Notes: generated by a model not told the origin, from the sequence alone. Counted from the first letter of the stretch, positions 1 through 9,569 are shown. The stretch: 64,000 bases of DNA from Acidobacteriota bacterium (GCA_963666215.2 CAXWPL010000001.1:192001-256000); one strand, 5' to 3'. Numbers and translations are program-made.

Positions 1-1776
1 GGCGCCATCCGCAGGGCCGAACAGCATGGCGAAGTGAGTGCCTCGCCCTGGGCGAGAGCGCACCTCGATTCGCGCGCCGTGCTGTTCCAGTATCCGATAG
101 ACAATCGACTAGACAATCGACAGCCCGAGCCCCGTGCCCGCGGCGGAGCCAGAGACGAAGGGACGGAACAGGCGGTCGATCTCGCCAACGTCCATGCCGC
201 ACCCGGTGTCTTCGAACTCGACCCGGGCGCCCTGCGGCTGGCGCACCACTCGTAGGCTCAGCCGACCTCCATCCGGCATGGTCTGGATGGCGTTTCGCGC
301 CAGGTTCCAGAAGACCTGCTTGATCCGATCGGCGTCTGCGAGGACGAACACCGGCTCGATGTCGGCGTCGTCTGGGACCTCGAGCACCAGGCGATGATCG
401 GGTAGCAGCTCCGCGGAGTTCTGCAGCAGGGCTACCGTTTCGCGGGCCAGGCGAACGATGTCCACATCGACAGGGTCCAGTCGTTTTGGCCGGGCATAGT
501 CAAGAAACTCGTCGATGATGGTGGAAAGGCGCTCTGACTCCCGCGTCACGATATCCATCAATTCGTGCGCCGGGGCGGTATCGAGCGGAATCTCACCTCG
601 GCGTAGCATCTGCAGCGAGCCCGAGATCGACGCCAATGGGTTGCGTATCTCGTGCGCCAGCGACCCCGCCATCCGCCCGAGCAAACCCATCCGCTCGTGC
701 AGCCACAGCAGCCGTTCCATGCGCTTGACCTCGGTCAGGTCCTGAAACATGAAAATCAACCCGCCGTTCATCGGGCTCCCCTGCTCACCCTCGACTTCAG
801 TCGAATCGCGGCGTGGCCGATCGATCTCGCTGGCGCGCGTCACACTCATGCCCACTACGCGATGCGCCTCACCCTCGGGCTCGATTCGATGCTCGGCGCG
901 GATGACTTGGTTGTCGTCATCGAGGCACCCATGCAAATCAAGGAGAAACTGCCTGTCGGAACGGAACGCCTCCCACGCCGGCCGACCGACGAGCTCAGAC
1001 TCGGCCAGCCCTGTAATGCGTTCTGCCGCGCGATTGGTGGCAACCACGAGCCCGTCTCGGTTGGTGGCGATCAGGCCGCTGCTCATCCCCGCGAGCAGCT
1101 GATGGTTGAGTGCTTCCAGCGCCTCAACGGCATACCGCTCCTGATCCAGCTGGCGATGTGCGGAGCGCAGGTGTTCTGCGACTCCAGAGGACACCCAGGC
1201 GAGCAGCGCCGTACCAACGAGCAATCCGAAAACACGAAGCGTGACCTCGGCCCCGCTCACAACCGGCGACGGAGCACCGATCTCGAACTCCCACGCAGGG
1301 AGGCGCCCCGATGCGATGAAGTGCGCCATCAGCCCGTAGGCCGCCGTAGACAGCGCGGCAATCGCAACAGCCTGCGGCCGCGTGGCAAGCGCGCCGGCGC
1401 CCCAGGCAATCAGCAGATACAGCAGCACGAACTGCGATCGAACCCCACCCATGTAGTACACCCAGAGGGTCGCTAGCAGAACGTCGATGGAAAGCTGGAA
1501 TGCGATCCACCCCGACCCCACCGGTCGGCCACCGTACGCCAGCGCGTAGAGCAGACCGGAGGCGTAGATCAGCGCGATCAGGGAAAGCAGGGGAGCTAGC
1601 GAGAACTCGGTCCCGACGAGCAGCTGAAAGTACAGAACCGGCGCCAGAAACGCGGTGGCGACGGTGCTGCGAACCAACAGCAATAGCCGCTGGCTCGAGT
1701 GGCCAGCCAGCGGACCGCCACTGGCGGCCATCCCTGTCCCACCCATCGCGCGTGCTGCAGCTGGAGCGTCTTGCAT
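1..1776 (-). pseudogene. pilS: PilS-like sensor histidine kinase (TM-PAS-HisKA-HATPase) interrupted by a premature in-frame amber stop; 3' end runs off the window
   Basis: H-box LAHEIRNPL, N-box QVFWNLARNA, G1 DTGCG, G2 GTGLGL; lies downstream of pilC. TAG at 109-111 is created by a 12-bp duplication, and the same frame continues SIVYRILEQHGARIEVRSRPGRGTHFAMLF to the window edge. Start placed at ATG 1776 behind an AAGGAAGGGG RBS. Confidence 0.85.
98..121. repeat. perfect 12-bp tandem duplication (TAGACAATCGAC x2) inside pilS
   Basis: Read directly at 98-109 and 110-121; minus strand reads CTG TCG ATT GTC TAG TCG ATT GTC TAT. Confidence 0.97.
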
Positions 1777-1783
1777 TGGCAGG

Positions 1784-1881
1784 CCCCTTCCTTCCCCCCA
1801 CACGTGGGGGGGGGGGAACGAGCCACGAGCCGCGCTCAGGTCGCGGCTCGCGTTGTCGTCCTGCCTCCCACTGGGATTCTA
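1784..1881 (-). promoter_or_regulatory. putative pilS promoter and structured leader with a C11 homopolymer that can pair with the RBS
   Basis: TAGAAT -10-like hexamer at 1876-1881, hairpin at 1824-1852, G11 run at 1806-1816 (C11 on the coding strand) complementary to the downstream GGGGGGAAGGAAGGGG. Confidence 0.45.
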
Positions 1882-1968
1882 TCGTCCCTGGCTCGCGACG
1901 CGTCCGGGCCGACCCGTCAGGTCGGCCGCGCTTGCACACGTCGGCGCTGCGTAGCGGACGAAATGGCT

Positions 1969-2004
1969 GGCGGTCGGAGTCACGCCCCAGCGACCCCGAC
2001 CGCC
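1969..2004 (-). terminator. strong hairpin downstream of pilC, possible terminator or processing site
   Basis: GGCGGTCGGGGTCGC-loop-GTGACTCCGACCGCC about 30 nt after the pilC stop; only a weak U-tract on the coding strand. Confidence 0.45.
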
Positions 2005-2035
2005 CTTTTCTCCGACGAGCCTCGTCTCGAGGCGT

Positions 2036-3235
2036 TCAGATCTTGTTGATCAGGTCGAACATTGGTAGGTACATCGAGACCACGATGCCGCCAATCACCA
2101 AGCCGAGGAACACGATCATCACCGGCTCCAGCAGAGACATCAAACCCTCGACCGCGGTATCGACCTCTTCTTCGTAGAAGTCGGCGATCTTGCTGAGCAT
2201 GGTGCCCAGCGCGCCCGTCTCCTCGCCTACCGCGATCATCTGCGTGACCATTGGCGGGAAGGCACCCGAGCTCTCGAGCGGCTCCGCCAGCGACTTGCCT
2301 TGCTCGATGCTGTCGCGCGTTGTGAGAACAGCGTCCTTGACGATGCGGTTGCCGGCAGTGTTGGCGGTGATCGTCAAGCTCTCGAGGATCGGCACGCCCG
2401 ACGACACCAATGTAGAGAGGGTGCGGCAGAATCGAGCCACGGCGATACGCCGCATGATCATGCCGATGACCGGCGTCTTGAGAATCAGCGAGTCGATCAG
2501 CAACTCTCCGCTGTCGGTCTTGTAGTACTGCTTGAGCGAGTAGATGGTGCCCATGATGCCGGCAACCACGAACGGGAAGTAGGCGGCGATGAAGTTCGAC
2601 GCCATGATGACGATGCGCGTTGGCAGCGGCAGCTGAGCGCCCAAGCCGGAGAACAAGGCCGCGAAGGTCGGAATGACCTTCCACAGAATAACCAGGACAA
2701 CCAAAACGGCCACGCTGACGATGACGATGGGGTACATCGAGGCAGCTTTCACCGCCGACTTGAGCTTGACCGCCTTCTCGATATAGGTGGCCAGCCGCCG
2801 CAGGATGATGTCGAGAATACCGCCGGCCTCGCCTGCGGCCACCATGTTGCAATAGAGATCGGTGAACACCTGCGGGTGCTGGCGCAGCGCGTCCGCAAGG
2901 TTGGCGCCGCCCTCCATCTCGCCGCGAACCTGATCCAGAATCCGGCCAAAGCCCTCGTCGTCAGCCTGCTTCGAAAGGATGTCGAGACACTGCACCAGCG
3001 GCAACCCGGCGTCGATCATCACGGAGAACTGCCGAGTGAAAACCGAAACCGCCTGATGGCTGACTTTCGACTTCTTCTTGAACAGCGAGAAGCCACTCTT
3101 GACCGGCTGCACCTTGGTAACTCGGATGCGCTTGCGACGCAGCTGCTGCGACACCGCATCGGCTGAGTCTGCCGTGATGGTGCCCCCTGTCGACTGACCG
3201 TTCCGACCGATCCCAGACCACTCGAAATTCGCCAT
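2036..3235 (-). CDS. pilC: type IV pilus inner-membrane platform protein PilC (T2SSF family)
   Basis: FTRQFSVMIDAGLPL, AGEAGGILD, VGEETGAL and MYLPMF motifs; downstream of pilT. Confidence 0.95.
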   Translation of the reverse strand: MANFEWSGIGRNGQSTGGTITADSADAVSQQLRRKRIRVTKVQPVKSGFSLFKKKSKVSHQAVSVFTRQFSVMIDAGLPLVQCLDILSKQADDEGFGRILDQVRGEMEGGANLADALRQHPQVFTDLYCNMVAAGEAGGILDIILRRLATYIEKAVKLKSAVKAASMYPIVIVSVAVLVVLVILWKVIPTFAALFSGLGAQLPLPTRIVIMASNFIAAYFPFVVAGIMGTIYSLKQYYKTDSGELLIDSLILKTPVIGMIMRRIAVARFCRTLSTLVSSGVPILESLTITANTAGNRIVKDAVLTTRDSIEQGKSLAEPLESSGAFPPMVTQMIAVGEETGALGTMLSKIADFYEEEVDTAVEGLMSLLEPVMIVFLGLVIGGIVVSMYLPMFDLINKI

Positions 3236-4437
3236 TATCTACCGCGATTGCGCGACGGACGCATGCGCGCCGGCGCGTTTCCCCCGGGTCCGCCAGGCGG
3301 ACGGGGTTCTCGCTGAAGCGTCTCAGAAAGGTCGCGCGGGTCGCTGCTCGCAGCGAGGGCCACCTCGGGGCTGATCTTGCGCTCCACAACCAATCGCGCC
3401 AGATCTTGGTTGAACGTCTTCATGCCGTGCCCAGCCTGTCCGGACTGCATCGACGACATGATCTGGTGGATCTTGCCCTCGCGGACCAAGTTACGAATGG
3501 CTGCGTTGGGAATGAGAACCTCCTGTACGAGGACCCGTCCCCTGCCCGAGATGTGCGGCAGCAGCGTCTGAGAGATCGCTCCTTGGAGAGTGAACGACAA
3601 TTGCGTGCGGATCTGCGATTGCTGCTCAGGCGGAAAGATGTCGATGATGCGGTTGATCGTCTGGATTGCCGAGTTGGTATGCAGCGTGCCAAACGTCAAG
3701 TGGCCGGTCTCGGCGAGCTTCAGCGCCAGACTGGTGCTCTCGAGGTCGCGCAGCTCACCAATGAGCACGCAATCGGGATCCTCGCGTAACGCCGAGCGCA
3801 TGGCCGCCGCGAAGGAGTGTGTATCGGCGTTGAGCTCGCGCTGGTTGACGATGCAGTTCTTGTGATCGTGCAAGTACTCGATCGGATCCTCGATCGTGAT
3901 GATGTGGTGTTTCTTGGTCTCGTTCACCAGGTCGATCATGGCGGCGAGGGTGGTGCTCTTGCCGCTGCCGGTGGGACCGGTAACCAGCACCAGGCCGCGC
4001 GGCAGGTTGCAAAGGTCCTTGAAGCCTTGTGGCAGCCCGAGCTCATCGAACGACGGGATCCGCCACGGAATCACGCGCAGCGCGCCTGCCACCGAACCCC
4101 GCTGCATGAAGACGTTGGCTCGGAAGCGGGCCAGGTCCTTGACGCCGAACGAGAAGTCGATCTCGAGCTTGTCCTCCATCGCGGCGCGCTGCTCGTCGCT
4201 CATCACCGCGTAGAGAAGCCCCTGCGCGGTCTTCGGGTCGAGCGGCGCGTAGGGCATCGGACTCAAGCTTCCGTCGATCCGTACCTGGGGCGGCACTCCC
4301 GCCGTGATGTGAAGGTCGCTTGCACCCAGCTCGACCATCTGCCGGAGAAGCTCGGAGAGATCGGGCACTGACCCACCGTGAGAGATCTGCGCGTTCGGAT
4401 CCCAGGTGACCGCACGTGCCGCTCCACTCATGGACAT
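3235..4437 (-). CDS. pilT: type IV pilus retraction ATPase PilT
   Basis: ASDLHI, Walker A GPTGSGKSTT, TIEDPIEY, LREDPD, His box GHLTFGTLHT, AIRNLVRE motif. Confidence 0.96.
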   Translation of the reverse strand: MSMSGAARAVTWDPNAQISHGGSVPDLSELLRQMVELGASDLHITAGVPPQVRIDGSLSPMPYAPLDPKTAQGLLYAVMSDEQRAAMEDKLEIDFSFGVKDLARFRANVFMQRGSVAGALRVIPWRIPSFDELGLPQGFKDLCNLPRGLVLVTGPTGSGKSTTLAAMIDLVNETKKHHIITIEDPIEYLHDHKNCIVNQRELNADTHSFAAAMRSALREDPDCVLIGELRDLESTSLALKLAETGHLTFGTLHTNSAIQTINRIIDIFPPEQQSQIRTQLSFTLQGAISQTLLPHISGRGRVLVQEVLIPNAAIRNLVREGKIHQIMSSMQSGQAGHGMKTFNQDLARLVVERKISPEVALAASSDPRDLSETLQREPRPPGGPGGNAPARMRPSRNRGR

Positions 4438-4484
4438 CCGCGTCCTCTCCTGGCCGTATCTCGGGGTGGCATGTCACGCATACC

Positions 4485-4600
4485 ATTCGATGTCAAAACG
4501 TCATATACCGATCTCGACCACATCTACGAAGATTATTCGTATGCTTTTCATCGCTAAACAATAGTATTAACCACTATTAGATAATTTTGATCACACTGGA
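4485..4600 (-). promoter_or_regulatory. AT-rich region upstream of pilT with two palindromes
   Basis: Abrupt AT-rich island; TACGAA-N5-TTCGTA at 4525-4541, AATAGT-N7-ACTATT at 4560-4578, TTGACA on the minus strand at 4491-4496. Confidence 0.5.
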
Positions 4601-4788
4601 TCGAATCGTATGTGTGCGGGTGCACCGCCGCCGTCACCACGATGAGACGGGCGCCAACGGGTCGTTTCCGGCCGGCGGCTCGATTGCCCCGACGCGGCTA
4701 CCCGCAGCCGAGAGTCCATCGAAGGATGTGGCGCGGCGTAGAGGTGGTGCGGGCGCTGGACAGCCGCGGGTGAGGGTGAAGCGACTTC

Positions 4789-5826
4789 CTAGGCGCGAGC
4801 GACCCGAATTTCGCCGTTACGGCGCTCGACGTACCAGTCGGCCGTGCGCGCCAGCCCGTCGCGGAACGACATCCGCGGCTCGTAGCCGATGAGCTCGGTG
4901 GCGCGATCGATTGCCGCCATCGAGTGCTGCACATCACCTGCTCGTCGGGCCGTGAATTCGGGCTCGATGTGGGTTCCCAGGTAATCGTTGAGCGCGGCAA
5001 CGAGATCGAGAAGGGTAGCGCTCTCTCCGACCCCGATGTTGATGGCCTGCCCGGCCGCGTCATCCGTTGCCGCCCCGAGATCATCAACGTTGGCAGCGAG
5101 CAGGTTCGCGGCCACAACGTTGTCGATATACGTGAAGTCGCGCGACTGCGTGCCGTCGCCGAAAATCAGCGGCGACCGCCCGTCGAGCATGCACGCGACG
5201 AACTTGGGGATCACCGCGGCGTAGTCGGAAGCCGGATCTTGACGCGGCCCGAAGACGTTGAAGTAGCGAAGCGCCACCGTCTTGATGCCGTACTCACGGT
5301 GCCAAATTGCCAGGAGCTCTTCGCCCGCGAGCTTGCTGAGCGCATAGGGAGAAAGCGGCGTAGGCGTCATGGTCTCGATCTTCGGCAACGTGGGGGTGTC
5401 GCCGTAGACCGACGACGAACCCGCCATCACGAGCCGCTTTACGCCCGCCTCACGACAAGCCTCGAGCAGGCGCGACGTCCCCTCGATGTTGACTCGGAGA
5501 GTCGCGGCCGGGTCAAGAAAAGAGCGCGGCACGGAAGCAATGGCCGCCTGATGGAAGACGGCATGGACACCATCGAGCGCGCTACGGTAGGCATGCGAGT
5601 CGAGAATGCTCGTTTGCAGCAGCTCGAGGTTGGTGGCTTCGCCGATGCCCCACGCCGTGCCCGACTTACTTCTTGCGAAGCCCAGCTCATCGGCGACGTC
5701 ACTCAGGTTGTGCACATAGCCGCTGAAAAGATCGTCGACGACAACAACCCGATGGCCGCGCTGCAGCAACGCCGACACGATGTGCGAGCCAATGAACCCT
5801 GCGCCACCAGTTACCAGATACTTCAC
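4789..5826 (-). CDS. NAD-dependent UDP-sugar 4-epimerase (WbpP/GalE-like extended SDR)
   Basis: [24 protein letters not shown] (YxxxK), [24 protein letters not shown]. The GTG start at 5826 overlaps the pilB stop (GTGA). Confidence 0.92.
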   Translation of the reverse strand: MKYLVTGGAGFIGSHIVSALLQRGHRVVVVDDLFSGYVHNLSDVADELGFARSKSGTAWGIGEATNLELLQTSILDSHAYRSALDGVHAVFHQAAIASVPRSFLDPAATLRVNIEGTSRLLEACREAGVKRLVMAGSSSVYGDTPTLPKIETMTPTPLSPYALSKLAGEELLAIWHREYGIKTVALRYFNVFGPRQDPASDYAAVIPKFVACMLDGRSPLIFGDGTQSRDFTYIDNVVAANLLAANVDDLGAATDDAAGQAINIGVGESATLLDLVAALNDYLGTHIEPEFTARRAGDVQHSMAAIDRATELIGYEPRMSFRDGLARTADWYVERRNGEIRVARA

Positions 5827-6285
5827 AGTGTCGTCTCCCGGAGAACCTCTTCGACCGAGGTAACCCCCTGCCAAATCTTCACGAGGCCGCTCTCGCGCAA
5901 GGTGATCATCCCTTCCGCGCGAGCCTGTACCTTGAGCTCGGCGTTGTTAGCACCGTTGAGGATCAACTCGCTCATTCGACCGCTCAGCTGCATCACCTCG
6001 AACAGCGCGACGCGGCCCTTGTAGCCGGTCTCGTTGCATTTGTCGCAGCCCATCGGGTGGTACACCGTCACCGCCATCGCTTCCTCGGCGGCAAAGCCTA
6101 CCTCCATCAAGGCTTCCGGATCGCAAGGCGCCACCTCGCGGCACTGCGAGCACAGCCGTCTCACCAGGCGCTGAGCAACAATCAGCTGCACCGATGACGC
6201 CACCAGAAAGCGCTCGACGCCCATGTCGATCATGCGGTTGATCGTGCTCGGTGCGTCGTTCGTATGCAGCGTCGACAGCACTAGG

Positions 6286-7328
6286 TGTGAGTTCTAGGTA
6301 GGTTGTTCACGAACTCACCCCTGAGAGCCGAGCGATCGGCGGTGTCATGCCGATGCCGGCGTGGGGGCGGTGACGATTGTAGTGGTTGAGCCAGGGCCGT
6401 AGAGCTCGAGTACGTCGAGCTGAGGTCTGGTAGCAGGTGCCGTAGGCCCACTGCTCCTTGAGTGTGCGGATGAAGCGTTCGGCTTTGCCGTTGGTTCTGG
6501 GGGTGTAGGGCCGGGTGTAAATGTGCCGGATCTCGAGTTGATGGCATAGGCGATTGAAGCGCTTCGAGACGTAGCCAGGCCCGTTGTCTGTCATCACTCG
6601 GCGCACCGCTACTCCCATCGAAGCGAAGTGCTCGACGGCTCGCTGCAGGAACGCTGTGCAGGTGTGTTGGTCTTCGGCGGGCAGCACTTCGACGTACGCC
6701 ACCCGAGAGTGATCGTCGATAGCGACGTGGGCGTTCTCCCAGCCGACGCCGTAGGCCCGCTTGGAGCGGTCGCCGTGGATGCGGTGTCCAGGTCGCCGGA
6801 TACGGGCCAGTTTCTTCGTATCCAGGTGCAGTAGGTCACCGGGGTGCTCGTACTCGTAGCGAACGATCTCGGGCTTGGGCTCGAGCGCATCAAGCTTGGC
6901 GAGTCCGAGCCGCTTCAGCCACGCCGAGACGGTCGAGCGCGGCACAGCCAACCTTCGGCTGATCTGCCAGGCCGTCAGTCGCCGCCGACGTAGCTTGTCG
7001 ATCTGCCTCACAACTCCAGCGCTTGTTGCGTGCGGACAGCACGTCGGCCGGCTTGATCGATCGAGCAGCCCGGCCTCACCTTCTCGCTCGTATCTATCCA
7101 GCCACTTGTAAACCGTTCGAGCCGACACGCCGAGCGCCGCCGCCGTTTCCGTCACGGGCTCCGCCCGCTCCCGGACTCGGCGGACCATCTCTCGGCGTAT
7201 ATACGGCATCGTGCGGGCGTTACCATGCAGCTGCATCGGGCGCTCCTTCTGAGGTCGTGGAGTCTTTTGAACAACCCCATTGATCTCAGAAGTGAGCCCC
7301 GATGTGAACAACCTACTTAGAAAACACA
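6286..7328 (-). mobile_element. IS481-family insertion sequence, copy 1 (1043 bp)
   Basis: TGT...ACA ends, 25-bp imperfect IRs (22/25), 6-bp TSD ACTAGG at 6280-6285 and 7329-7334. Confidence 0.97.
6307..7236 (-). CDS. IS481-family DDE transposase (309 aa)
   Basis: MQLHGNART start, HTH, PGDLLHLDTKKL, AIDDHSR, VMTDNG, TNGKAERFI, YNRHRPH. Confidence 0.96.
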   Translation of the reverse strand: MQLHGNARTMPYIRREMVRRVRERAEPVTETAAALGVSARTVYKWLDRYEREGEAGLLDRSSRPTCCPHATSAGVVRQIDKLRRRRLTAWQISRRLAVPRSTVSAWLKRLGLAKLDALEPKPEIVRYEYEHPGDLLHLDTKKLARIRRPGHRIHGDRSKRAYGVGWENAHVAIDDHSRVAYVEVLPAEDQHTCTAFLQRAVEHFASMGVAVRRVMTDNGPGYVSKRFNRLCHQLEIRHIYTRPYTPRTNGKAERFIRTLKEQWAYGTCYQTSARRTRALRPWLNHYNRHRPHAGIGMTPPIARLSGVSS

Positions 7329-8968
7329 ACTAGGTGGCCCGTCAGCGCGGCCTTGATGGCGATATTCGCGGTCTCGGCGTCGCGGATCTCACCCACCAGG
7401 ATGATGTTCGGATCCTGCCGCAGGAATGCGCGCAGCGCCGCCGCAAAGTTGAGTCCCACCTGCTCGTTGATCTGCACCTGGTTGATGCCGACCAGGTTGA
7501 ATTCCACCGGGTCCTCGGCGGTCATGATGTTGGTACCGATCTTGTTGATGTTCGAGAGCGCCGAGTAGAGCGTGTTCGTCTTTCCCGAACCGGTCGGTCC
7601 GGTAACCAACACGATGCCGAACGGAAGCTCGATCGCCGCTCTGAAGGCATCGAGTGACGATTTCTCGAATCCCAGGTCGGCGAGATTGAGCTTCAGGCCC
7701 TCGGGGTCGAGAAGACGCATGACGATCTTCTCCCCCCAGATCGTCGGCACGGTCGAGACGCGTAAGTCGAGCTCGCGCGTACGGTCGTCCAGCTTCACAC
7801 GAATCTTGATGCGACCATCCTGTGGCCTACGCCGCTCGGAAATGTCGAGCTCACTCATGATCTTGATGCGAGACGCGATTGCCCCCTGCATGGACTTCGG
7901 CGGTCTCATCACCTCGTACAGCACGCCGTCGATGCGGTAGCGGACGCGCTGAATTTTCTCGTACGGCTCGATGTGGATATCCGAGGCGTCGCGCCGCAGC
8001 GCGTCGGTGAGCAACAAGTTGACGAGCTTGATGACCGGCGCATCACCACCTGCTTGCGACAGCGACTCGAGGTCGATGTCCTCCTCTTCGACGATGTGGA
8101 GCTCACCGGGCCCGCGAATTTCGGCCTCGATGTCCTCCATCATCTGGCGCATCTTGGCTTCTTGCTCGTCGCCGTAGCACCGCCCCATCGCCTCGGTAAT
8201 CGCGCGCTCCGAGGCCACCAGAGGTTCGACCCGTCGGCCAGTGGCGAACTCGATGTCGTCGATGGCCACCACGTCGGTGGGATCGACCATAGCCAGACTG
8301 ACCGACTGAGAGTCGGCGGCGAGCGGCATGACCAGATAGCGCCGCGCCATGTCCTGGGGCACCAGGATCAGGATCTCGGGAGGTATCTTCGCGGCCTCTA
8401 CATTCGCTGCTGGCACGCCGAAGTGTGTCGACAGGAGCCCGATAAGGTCTTGTTCGCTGATCAGCTCGAGAACAACAAGGAGGTGTCCTAGCCGCTCGCC
8501 CGTCTCCTGCTGCATTTGCAGGGCACGCTCGAGATCCTGTTCGGAGACGAGTCCGCTCTCGATGACGATGCGCCCGAGACGCGCGCTCGAGTGTCGCCGA
8601 ACCGGATTGTTCCCCGAGCCGGAAGTGGTCGCAGTTCGCTCGCTGGAAGCCACGTCTCGCCTATTCTCATATCCCGACGTTCCGCCGACCGACTATCGGA
8701 GGCGCAACACGCCGAGAATCCCCTCGCCCCTGTTGGACGGACACAAGGGGCCAGAAGCCGCCGACACACCGCGCGAACGGACGCCGCCTGACCTCTAGCC
8801 GCTCAATCGAGATCAGCTTACCGAGACAGCCCTACACCACAAAGCACTAATTTCTTCTTCAAAGCGTGCAAATACATCGCCCTACATAGCATAGCGTCTT
8901 CGTGCCTATACACAACTGCTTGTGGCCATGCCCGACAGCCCTGGCCCACAAGTGGACCGAGGACGCAG

Positions 8969-9005
8969 AAAAATGGGCCGCGAGCGCCCCGCGCTCACGG
9001 CCCAT
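8969..9005 (-). terminator. intrinsic terminator after the small basic protein gene
   Basis: ATGGGCCGTGAGCGC-GGG-GCGCTCGCGGCCCAT followed by a T-run on the minus strand. Confidence 0.75.
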
Positions 9006-9036
9006 GCAGAGACCTGAAATTCGATCGTGCTGGTCG

Positions 9037-9495
9037 CTAGCCGCGCAACGCTGCCGCCAAGTCGGCCAGATAGTTGTCCACCCCCGCGGCAAGCTCGTAG
9101 GCGGCTTGTGGATCGCCACTACCGCGTAACGCAGCCAACACCTGCTGATCGCGATCAAGAACCAGCTGGCGCGCCGAGGCGACCCCGGCCGCCTTGCGCT
9201 GAGCGCTCGGCCGTCCGACAGGCGCTGAGCTCTTCTTCCGCCGTCCGTTCACGGGTTTGGCCTTCGGAGCAACAGCGGCAGCTGCCTTGCGGCGACGACC
9301 AGCCGGCGACTTCTTCTTGGCGCCGGCCTTCCTTTTCAGAGGCAGCATGTAAATGGCGTTGAACGACCTCTTCTGCATACCACGCGTGCTGCGATCGGCG
9401 GCGCCGGCGGCGGCCATGAACTCATCTAGCATCGCGTCTTTCTTGCGCTTGTATAGCGCTTCAACCGCCGCAGCGGCTTTTTGACTCTTGGGCAT
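9037..9495 (-). CDS. small Lys/Arg/Ala-rich hypothetical protein (152 aa)
   Basis: ATG at 9495 with GGAG RBS, plus its own promoter and terminator; helical N- and C-terminal segments flank a KKKSPAGRRRK-type basic linker. Confidence 0.8.
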   Translation of the reverse strand: MPKSQKAAAAVEALYKRKKDAMLDEFMAAAGAADRSTRGMQKRSFNAIYMLPLKRKAGAKKKSPAGRRRKAAAAVAPKAKPVNGRRKKSSAPVGRPSAQRKAAGVASARQLVLDRDQQVLAALRGSGDPQAAYELAAGVDNYLADLAAALRG

Positions 9496-9540
9496 TCCGG
9501 ACTCCAAACTGGTGCTTGAAACAAGAAAATGGTCGAGTGC

Positions 9541-9569
9541 ATGCTAATTGATTAACCGACCGTTGCCAA
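9541..9569 (-). promoter_or_regulatory. sigma70-type promoter of the basic protein gene
   Basis: TTGGCA-N17-TAGCAT on the minus strand. Confidence 0.55.

Larger units (their letters stand above)
5823..8653 (-). pseudogene. pilB: type IVa pilus assembly ATPase PilB, split by IS481 insertion in the His box
   Basis: N-terminal part (RLG/MshEN-like start, ASDIHIEP, GPTGSGKT, LRQDPN, AALTGHLV) at 7329-8653; C-terminal part ([22 protein letters not shown]) at 5823-6281. Removing the IS and one TSD restores [11 protein letters not shown] in frame. Confidence 0.95.

Noticed and set aside
109-111. Programmed amber readthrough (pyrrolysine or recoding) in pilS
   Set aside because: The TAG is fully explained by the 12-bp duplication, and TAG is a normal stop in many genes in this window.
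4600-4788. Search for a duplicated pilB 3' end after the epimerase
   Set aside because: No convincing similarity found.
8890-8910. Sigma54-like GGCACG...GC upstream of pilB
   Set aside because: GG-to-GC spacing is 9 nt rather than the required 10.
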